A DNA stretch of 64,000 nucleotides from Schmidtea nova. Taxonomy: Eukaryota. The notes beneath the pieces were generated by a model that saw only the letters and a list, made by a program, of their open reading frames with translations, was not told where the DNA came from and did not search any database. Location of the stretch: contig CM097883.1 of the NCBI GenBank assembly GCA_044892505.1, forward strand, positions 390,290,001-390,354,000, written 5' to 3'. This document shows, one piece after another, positions 12,900 to 64,000 of the stretch. Made by a program: the position numbers and the translations under genes. The number at the start of each line of letters is the position of its first letter. The first letter of the stretch is position 1.

Positions 12900-13470
12900 G
12901 TAAATCAGACATTGTCTAAGGTCGAAGTCCGAGATGTTGGCGGGCTATTTGATCACTATAAAGTTATTGTCGGTGAACCCCTACATGTTGGGTCTAGATT
13001 TATGTCACGGCATATTATTTTGTTGAAATATCCAGCCAGTAATAACAAAGAGTGCGAGTATGTGTTCCTGTAAAATTATCAGATACTTTGCTGATCCTAG
13101 TGTGCCATGAATACAATAGATTGGAAACATCCTTTTTCAGACATGGAATCCCATACCATTTGAATGTACTTGAGTCTATGTCAATCATTCTGCACACAGA
13201 ATAATCTCAGAAGTGGTTTTTATGGGCAACTTTCATGGTTATGCTGAACTCATAAAGCCAATTGTGAACACTTTGAGATGTCACTCTAAGACCATGATAT
13301 TTCTCTCAGTAATTTCCAAGAGACTGGCTCTGGAAAAATGAATTCTGGACACATATATTCTGGATAATTTTCTGTTTTGTCTTACAGTGCACATCCACTT
13401 GCGACCGCGTTCAGGGAGCTCATTGAGTAGCCCAGTTGTTCTGTGTTTGGCTAACAAAGGCAATGTTGGG
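12900..13470 (-). mobile_element. Tc1-like transposase N-terminal relic
   Basis: KHRTTGLLNELPERGRKWMCTVRQNRKLSRI resembles the Tc1 GRPR linker; a later KPLL motif; heavily degraded. Confidence 0.4.
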
Positions 13471-13789
13471 TAAATACTGAACCGAACCTAATATTGTTCA
13501 AAAATAATGATAAAACAGTATATAGAAAGCGCGCAAGAAGTAGTTTTAAATAACTTTGAAAAACACAAAGTAAACAAAAGTAATAAAAACCGCAGGAAAA
13601 AATTAATTAAAATACAATTGAAATTAACCTCAACAAGAAGCAAGAAATAAACACGAAGAAACATAAATACAACAAATTGACAAAGGTATTGGGTAAATTT
13701 GCAAATTAGAAAAATTCAAATATTTTAATAATAAGTTATTTCAATTTTAATAATTTAAACAAGGTGGTTCTAAGCCCGTTCAGCATTTC

Positions 13790-16700
13790 CAAAGTAGAAG
13801 TGCACTCGTGCCCTGTCACCCTCCCAAATGAGATCCCTTTTAGGATCTCTTTAAACATTGGATTAACAGTGAACGCGTTTGGTGGTTTGTTCACAAATTT
13901 TCCTTAATTCAAGATTCTGATTTTAACAGTCTCCTTTGACCATTCTCTCGAAAATCCATCGTAAAGTTGGCCATGGCTAAAACAGAGATTTGGAAAGTAA
14001 ATCCATACATTATCAAAGTTCTGTCCTTGTGCTTTGTTAATCGTCATTGCAAATGCAATGAGAATTAGAAATTGCCTTAGTCTCAGTACAAATGGCATAT
14101 ATGAATCGGAGAGTGTCAACACAATTTTAGGGATCAAAACAATTTGACCCGTAGTTGATAATGTAATCACTTCAGCTTCAATTAAATTTGTCTTTAGAGA
14201 CTTTAAAATGAATCTCGTTCCATTACAAAGACCTTTTTTGTATTCAAATTACTTAGGAGCATCATAATTGCTCTTACTTTCAACTTCAATTTGTGAGGAA
14301 GCATCCCAGATAAAGTCCGAGCGTTTAAACATTCTTGAAGATAATTCATTCTTTCTTGTTCATCCTGACTATCGAGAGAGTCGATGCTCAAATATTCTTT
14401 TGTCTCACCATCGAGGCGATCAATAATGTCTTCGTTTATTTCGAGGGTGTTCATGTTCTTAGAGCAGAGAATTTCCATCGTAGTTAACTGAGGAATAATT
14501 TTCTCAGTTATTCTTTTAGAGAAGATTTCCTCAACTGAGCTTCCAGAAATGTGTTCATGAGAAATCTTGGTGATATTCTCGGCGAACCCATGTGTATTTG
14601 AAACTTTTCCATCTCCAAGTTCAATTAACAAGTTGGATAATTCTCTTTCTCTGTGGTTAGTTCTCATGTTTACAGTCAACTTAATGTGACTAGAATGTTA
14701 CCTCAAATTGGATCTTTTTATTGAGGCTTCTGCAATTAAGCTTCTGTTCCCATGTCTTACTTGCCTGAAATCTCTCCAAATTAGTAAACCTTATTGTCAA
14801 ATGGCTTTTGACTCTGCAATATGTCTTTAAGCAACTTGTCAATTCCTTTTAAAACATAAGATGGAACCATTATTGACTTATTCAAAATAATTAAAAATAA
14901 TTTCATAATAATTAATAATTAATTAATTAATGAAACCTCTTTATGATCTTTTGGATCAAAGGAATTTATCATCATAATTGAGATTGAATTGAGAGTGGTA
15001 CCTTCTCCAACTTTTGAGCAAGCTGGCCGCTATTTCAGGAGACGAAACTGGCATAAAATCTTCCTCTCAACACTGAGGGTACTTATCAAAGTGTTGAACA
15101 GATAAGATTTCCCACTGCTTCCTAGGCCGTCTAGGAAAAAGCCACGTTGAACGCATTCATTACCTTATTGAATGTAATAAACTGCTAGTCATTGGATCTT
15201 CCACTTAATTTCTATCTTCTCTTTTTTCAACCTGTTGATCATATTGACCAAGAACAGAATACTCCCTATTTCTTGATTCAGGAAGACCAAAGTTTTCATT
15301 TTTTTCAATAAACAATTAGAAAATCAATTATGTCTTTAAATGCTTTTTCCTAGGCAGAATACGAGGACCTCGTCCTTGTAAAATCCTTTATCAAAATTCA
15401 TTGATATTTTTATATAATGCACGGGATCTTTGGGATTCCCAAATACAAAAATTAGGGCAAAAGGTTTCCTTAATTAACTTGGCATTTGAAACCCTACCGG
15501 TTCTGCCAATAGGTTTTCCTATTCTGTATCATCAGCTAGTAAATTCTTGGCAATCGCAGAGACCTTAAAATTCGGGTAAACTTCAACATCTACTGTTCGC
15601 ACATCTTCTAAAAAAGTAGCTTCTCGTATATGTAAGAACAAAAGTTTCAAATATTATCACTCTTCATCGTTGATACTAATAGTGTACATTTGCGGAACAA
15701 AATTCCTGTTTCTCTGCCTTGGCTTCCATAAGTTTTGAAAAGTCAAAAGAAAGTGCTCCAGAAATTTAGTATACAAATACTGACGACTATTATTTGATTT
15801 ATTTTGGTTCAACTTGAACCAAGCTGTGAAAGAAATGTCCTTGTTGGTATTTATCTCTATTGCCCTTTGTTCGCTTCCTTCTTTGGAAATAAACTATTAT
15901 TTCCTCAAGTAAATATACTTAAAGTCTTATAACTGCATCACTCTGCTCATACATCTTATTCTGAAGCAATCTCCACATTGCTTCTGGTAGAAAAACCTTT
16001 TTTTATTTCAATATATTAGTTCACTTCATCGTGATTGACCATTGGATAGCTTTCATACTGTCATGTCCTTTGTAAATATATATGAAGAGGACCTTTACAC
16101 TCTTCACTGATGCACAAATTTCCATATTAAAGTAGCAATTATATTTCAAAAGTAAATAGACGTTGAATGGTACAACTCACCTGTTGTCAATAATGTTTTC
16201 TTTGACAAACGTTGTATCCCCATTGTTTCTTCTCATATATCGGTGATACCCATCCACATTTGCTGCAGTTTGCACATGAAAGAATTTAGTATTCCCTTTC
16301 ATGCAAACTCCATCTTTCATACAAAATGACATAAAGTCAAGTTAACCACATGTACCGTGAATCATGTGCTTAAGCCCTTATTCCCTCAGCCGGGGATTAA
16401 CTTTGGGATCTGAAAGCTCAGCTAAGACAATTTTGTCAATAGCTTCCCTGTTTCTAGGCTTATTTTGCTCATTCAGGATATAAATAGTATGACAGTAAGA
16501 AAGTGCTCTTTTTTAAAAATCAATAACACTTACATTTCCAATTGGAACACCTAATAAGTGTGTCTTCATGATATTTTTCAGTAAATCTTGGAGTTTTTGC
16601 TGGAAAACTCTGACGACCAAATCTGGCCTGCTTTCACTTCTTTGGCCATGGCAAGAATTTGTGCAATCTCCCGCCATTGGAGATCGCATGTCATCGTTTG

Positions 16701-17838
16701 GAAAAGATCTCGATTTCCCAATATGGCAACAATTGCAATTGCATCTTAATAATTTGGTACATATTTCTATGACTACCAGAAAGTTTAAAGGCAATACAAC
16801 TGCTAACCAACTTTAGCATTTTCATTTTAAGCAACATTGTTCAATTACTTTCGAAGGCAGCTATACCCTTCAGCTCTTAGCTATGATTGAATTTGTTTGA
16901 CTAAATCGAGAGAATTTGCTTCAGCTTTTACATGAACATCTACGCAAAATTGTTTCGTCAATCTACCTCCACTTAAAAAGTGGGTTAAATCTCTTTAGTA
17001 TATAGTTCCGCCAATGAAACTCTTTATTTTTTCCAGATTTAGCTCTAAGAATATTTACTTCCCACAAGGGCTCTCTTTATGGGAAAAAACAACGGATAAG
17101 TTATGGGATGACAATTTGTGTGCCATTACTCCAATTGCTTTGATACCCATCACCAATTTGACTTTGCGTTGACTGAACTTTTGTCTGCATGCAATTCTTC
17201 TAAAGAATTTAAAAAACCACAAAATTGACACTTGATATTTGTAATACCTTGAATAGTGTTCCTCAATTGAAGACGCATCAATGAGTTTGACTAATAGTGG
17301 CATTTTGAATGGATCTTCGCAATCTTTTCCAATCAGCAAGACGCATTTGCCTTGTTTCATTCAAGCGAGCAACCTTTTCTCACTCCCGCTTATTGGTCAA
17401 GCGTTCGACCCTCTCCGATTCAATTTCATTCTGTCGGGATTCATTCTTCTTTATTCTTATTTTGGACAATCGTTGGTCCGTTCAATATCGGATTGATTTT
17501 GACTGGATTGATTTTCTCATATTCTCTTTATTGACAATCTTACTCTCTTTGATATTCTGCTTCATTTAATCTTTTTCTTTGTTGGCGTTCTCTATTTTGC
17601 CTTCGTCGTTTTTCATCTAGTGACTCATCAACCATTCCTGAAATTTTTTTCTGAGGGTCTACTTTTGGAACCTTAATTGGAGGCAGGGCAAGCCAGATCC
17701 TGGTTTGAAAACAATCTTTGACATTTGTGAATTGCCATTGTTCCGTTGCTAACTGTCGCTGAAAAAATCTAATTTGATATGTCATATTTTATTGGTAATT
17801 TGACATTAATGTGCAAATACAATGAAGCGTGATATAGA
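13790..17838 (-). mobile_element. Helitron (Rep/PIF1 helicase), near full-length but decayed
   Basis: RPDLVVRVF..VIDF*KR (Rep), FLDGLGSSGKSY (Walker A), LTVNMR, PHKLKLKV, FAMTINKAQGQ, FSHGQLY; A|TCTATAT 5' end at 17838; 3' end uncertain. Confidence 0.9.
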
Positions 17839-18408
17839 TACATAGCCGTACTCTCCCAAACGTCCTAAAAATAAACATGGAATTATTTTCCCCAAACCGG
17901 ATGAAGGTGACACCGGAAATAACGATGCAGAAACCAACTAAAAACGATTCAAACTCAGTAAAGGTCTACAAGCTCGAAGCGTCATAGACAAGACGCTCGT
18001 CTACAAGGACAGTCGAGAAAGACCTCAAGAGATCAGATTGACTCCATTGATATTTTGGATTGAGTTGACCCATGAATTCTTTTCAATTAACTTTTATGTG
18101 ATAAAACTAATTGATTTTAGTAGCGTTAAATTTAGTTGCTGTATTGTACGTCAGATGCTGTAAGAATGTGTAATTTGAATTAAAATATTCAATCATTTAT
18201 TCGTTTTGTTTATTTTTCTTTAATGAAAATTTGAATTAAAGTAAATCGAGGGCAATAAAACTCCATATCATAAATAAACCTGAGACTATGAAGTTACCCA
18301 GTGTTGTTAAGCACCAGACAACGAGTATCGTAGCTATTAGTAACTAAAGTTCAATTGATAGAATTTCATGAATTTTTCTTAATTAACAGACACAAGAAAA
18401 ATTAGGTA

Positions 18409-19027
18409 CCGTATATACTCGACTATAAGTCGATTCAAGTATAAGTCGAAGTGTCAGTTTTTGGAAAAATTAGCGTCCAAAATTGACGGCTCGAATATAA
18501 GTCGACCATAAAAATCAAGTGATGGTTAAAAGTTTTGATTGTGATGGGAAAAAACTGAAAATATGCAACAAAAAAATTATCATGTAAGACTTTATAAACG
18601 AATATTAAAAGTTCATACTTGGAAACAAAATGTTCAAATTTCCTTTACCATCATCAATAATACTATATAAGCGACCCAACGATGCAAAAACTACAAGTAA
18701 ATTAATGTGCCTGTGTTCCGTGATTATGCATGCGTACTATCTATTTGTTATGGCGGAAGTAAACGCTAGCCAAAATAAAGAAAATGGTAACATATAGTAC
18801 TAATATAGTATAATCTTATTTTAATATGAGTATATTCTTTTTGTCTTTATATACATATTTGTGAAAATGTTATTTTTCCGGCGAAAAAACGGTGTACAAA
18901 ATAATTGTTAAGTCTATTTTCGTTCGGAAATCTTCCGGCTATTTCACGTCTCGAGTATAAGTCGAAGGCCGTTTTTTTCGTCCTGGAATACAAATAAATT
19001 TCTCAACCTATAGTCGAGTATATACGT
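18409..19027. mobile_element. pogo/Tc1-mariner-type MITE
   Basis: TIR CCGTATATACTCGACTATA / tatagtcgagtatatacg, TA flanks, subterminal tataagtcga repeats. Confidence 0.85.
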
Positions 19028-19049
19028 TAATGTATTATTTTAGTTGACT

Positions 19050-20500
19050 TAACAAAGGATTAAAAACGGGTATCCTAACTTCTATCGGTCGCCCTTGAAC
19101 CCATCCGTGACATTTGGTCAATTATAGTTTCGATACATTCGACGCTCACTTTTTGCGAATGTCTACCAATTTGTTGCAGTACCAACGTTACAATGTTGTT
19201 GACAACAAGATGTTTAACTTAATTTTAATTTGTTGAGTTGTTGATGTTTTGACCCATAGTAACAATCAAGGTCATATTTATTATCAAAAACCCACCACCT
19301 TCTTGAATGTTAGATATACCATACTCAAATTAGACAGATAATCAAGTTCATGAAGAGCATCGAGCTCAGAGTTAAAAAAATAAATGTCCATCTCGTGGAC
19401 ATGGAGGAAAAGAAAAAGTTACACTGGTTAAAAAAATAAATCTCTAAACGAGCGGCTAGAAAAATTAAAAACAAGCTACCACTCCATGGAAACCACTTGG
19501 TCCACTGCGGAAAAAATGTCAAACGCTTAGATGCAAATACAATTATTGCAACAACAGGCAACCGAAGATGCTTCCGAAAATGGAGCTCTAAAATGGTTAT
19601 CCGCAAACGCGATACCCAGTTGGCACGTGTCTGAATAGAGTTTAGCTTGACCAACGCATAATACAACCCATGACAAATGCTCCATTAGAATTATTTTATG
19701 CAGTTCGGGTGGAAGAAATCCGAACTATAGAACCACCTTTGAAACCGAATTGTTTCAAGCTCATTAAAGCAGTCAGAGCTCACCGGCGTCGAAGTTTGGA
19801 GACCCGTCTGATGAGTCAGTTGAAAGAATCATTTCAAAATTCGATCTATCTTTCTAGCCCATGACATTTCCAGCTACTTTAAAAACCTACTGTGATTTTC
19901 TTTACTTTCTGTTTTGACAATTTAGGCAGCTTGTAATTATATGTAGTTGCAAATTTTTATTTTATTGATTATATGTATGTTAAATAAAATTTATTTATTG
20001 TGTTAGTCCTTAATAATCAATGTAAATTTATTTCCCTGTAACAAGCGTAAATATTTAAATTCGAAAAGCCAAATTGAAATGTTGAAGGAGTTAGAGTCTA
20101 GCTTAAGCGAACTATGTTCGGAGACCTGTTTTCTAATAATTCTTACTAACTATTTGAGGAGGCCATGAATGAACTAGCGGTTGTCGAATAACAAATTCTC
20201 AGTTAAATCTCATCTTAACTATCGTTTAAAAAATCAATGATAAAAGATTTGATTAATTATGGGATTAAAAACGGGCATTATACATTCTATCGGTTGCCCT
20301 TGAACTCACCAGCGACATTCGACCAATTATAGTTTTAATTCACTTGAAGCTCATTTTTTGCAAACGCCCCCCCCCATTTGTTGCAATACCAACGCTACTC
20401 TGTAAATGGAAACAAGGATGTTAATTAATGTTTTATGTAATGAGTTGTTGATGTTTTTGAGCCATAGAAACAGTCAAGATTAAAATTGTTATCAACAATT
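19050..20500 (+). mobile_element. Pair of diverged ~250-bp direct repeats (19050-19300, 20262-20500) flanking a stop-riddled frame
   Basis: ggattaaaaacggg..ttctatcgg..gcccttgaac..caattatagttt..ttgttgca.taccaacg..gagttgttgatgtttt is present twice. Confidence 0.5.
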
Positions 20501-21280
20501 TTGTTTTCGCAAACTGGTAACTGGATCGTAGAACTTACATCGTATTACATTTTGTAACTTAAAAGTAGTGAAGATTGTGTTTACTTCCTTTTCTTAAATT
20601 GCGGTTGAGATAAAAAAACTTAAATAATGATTTGTGTTCTCATCCTGTTTTGCTTATCCTAAAATCTTTTGGACATCAAATTTTCGTGGATGTATTAAAG
20701 TGTTGGGCTGGTAGAAGTAAGATGTATTCTGGTAGAACCATTCTAGCAAGCCCTAAAAAGAATACAAAATGAAAAGTTTTTATCAGTAAGAAAACTATTT
20801 GTTGGTCAGAAAAACATAAAAATAAATATATAATAAACTTTCTAGTTTAAAATTTCATGTGATCAAAATTTTTTATTCTGAATTAAATTTTTATAAAACT
20901 AGTGTAATAATTTCTGCAAATTTTATTTAAAAAATCGCTAATACAAAATAAAATGTTTATCTTTTGCAAATTTGAATTAGAGAATTGATTTTATAAAAAT
21001 ATATAAGTTATATAACAACTGTATTTATTAATCATTGTTTTAATTCTCACTAGTGAATTATACACAACACACGCAATGTGATATAATTTGGCCTGTAATA
21101 ATTTATAATATAGTTACTGTGATTTTTTTTCTAAAATGTAATTTAATTTTTATTATTTTATTTACAATTTATTTTTCTAAATCTTTTTTATCAAGTTAAA
21201 AGGTTTTCATTGAAAAAATGAACTATTTCAGGTGTTTATTTATACGATTATAAATTGCTTTGTTGGAATGCGTTCAACAA

Positions 21281-62429
<41,149 letters not shown>

Positions 62430-63027
62430 GTAAGTTTTTGATATTTTACTCAATTTTCTTTAAAATAGTTATTTATATTTTTTAAAAGTTTTTTTTATTG
62501 CTGAATTTTTAAATTACTGAACTTTACTGAATTTTTAAACTTTTTCAAACATTTAATATTCGCTTTAAAATGCTTTGAATGATGAGTGGTCGCGCCCGCT
62601 TCATAAAATATTTAAAAAGTAATTAAAATAGAAATTAATTAATTAACAGCGGGGCTTGATTGGTGTGAGAGATTGTAAGGCGAGCCTGAAGCCGTTAGAC
62701 GGTCTTATCGAAATCTTATATGCCAGATAAAATCGGCGTTGTGTTTGTAGCTGGCAATTCAGATGACCAATGAATGGTGATTCAAATCTTCCAGAAATGA
62801 CAAATCTCTCGCCGAACAAAAAAATTAATTTACTTTTATCTATTAAGAATTAAAATTATTAACTAAAAATTTTAGAAATTAGATTTAGATTCTTTTAAAT
62901 TGGATTTGAAAAAAAAATTTTGTAAATTTGTAAATCAGTTTTGTAAATTGTAAATTATTTGGTTGATATATATTCAGTTTGTTTTGTTGTTTAAATAATA
63001 TTGGCAAATTTTGGATTATTTTAAATT

Positions 63028-64000
63028 TTAAAAAGAAATTGTGATTTGTGATTTAAGTTTCGAAGTTTCTTTGTGGGAGTTTTGATTTGGAATTTTCGGT
63101 GGATTGGAATTTTGTTTAAAAATATAAATAACTGTTTTGAATTTGGATTTTGTTTCATTTTGTCCTTGTTGTTTACTTGAATATGAATAAGACTGACGAC
63201 AGTTATGTTGCTGAAAGCATGACAGCTTCTGATTCTCCATTTGCCGAATCTCTCAATTTCAATCTATGCCCTACAGATGACGTTTTGGCTTTTGAACTTG
63301 TCATTACTATGGATCTTTCAGGGATATATGAATATAGTGACTGAAGTCTGTCGAATCGCATTCCGGGTTGGTGAGACAGAGGGAATTTTTTTGCCAAGCA
63401 GTCTGTACTTCCGGGATGTTTCATGTCAGTATCGTTCGGATATATAGTTCTGTAAGAGCACTGTCTATGCCATTTGGAATGATACTGCAATGAATTTAAG
63501 CCAAGATTATCAGAAAGAATACAAAAGTATTCGACAACAGAGCATGGAAGAATTGGAGAATTATATTGATGCTAATTTGTCAAATTTCATCAAAATCCAG
63601 ATTACAAGGAAAACAATCAATGCTAATTTCCCCCAAACGAATCCCTGAGTTGCGTCGAAATAGATTTTGAATGCTTTCGAAAATCTTGTCCGAATTGAAA
63701 TTCTCATCAGGAAACATGGATTTTGTGAGATTTGACCGGCTGTCAAAACCAATGAGTGTGCAATCTTTTTGTCTTAAGAGGGAACATTGATGAATTAAAC
63801 AGCCAGGGCCAAATTTGAGTATGCAACCCCACAGCATTACGTTCATGGGATACCGATTTCTCCAATGCAAGAAGTCATCTGATATTTTTTCGTCACTTTT
63901 CCTTTTCACTATTATCATTCTGCCCTGTCGCGTTTATGCATGAACCACATAAATTAATAAGTGGAACATCTTCCTGTCAGTGTCTGCAAAATATAAGGGT
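63028..64000 (-). mobile_element. Possible Tc1/IS630-like transposase relic
   Basis: VMLWGCILKFGPGCL and CFQQHNC motifs, but their spacing is longer than canonical. Confidence 0.35.

Noticed and set aside
62430-64000. Tyrosine kinase exons
   Set aside because: I looked for GxGxFG, HRDL and DFG on the + strand and found none in the window

Overview
AT-rich eukaryotic (animal) genomic scaffold with eight N-gaps, dominated by transposon relics. The main resident gene does not appear as a single ORF in the track. It is a + strand, 13-exon receptor gene (21281-62429, 862 codons, all introns GT-AG, all splice phases compatible) that I assembled by hand. It encodes a signal peptide, an OpuAC/ProX-like module, a GABA-B-like Venus-flytrap domain and ONE transmembrane helix, i.e. 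most likely a Venus kinase receptor (VKR) whose kinase exons lie beyond the window. Its introns hold two intact ~99%-identical Merlin (IS1595/ISXO2-like) transposons in inverted orientation, mariner, hAT, piggyBac, pogo and Helitron relics, foldback repeats, a (TA)n-associated palindromic repeat family and a decayed 28S rDNA fragment. Upstream of it are a decayed unknown ORF, a rhodopsin-type GPCR TM6/TM7 relic, an orphan basic ORF, an RPS27 pseudogene, and Gypsy, hAT and Helitron relics. Family assignments come from motif recognition from memory, not database searches. The host cannot be fixed from sequence alone; a flatworm-like invertebrate is a weak guess. No CRISPR arrays or tRNA genes were recognised.
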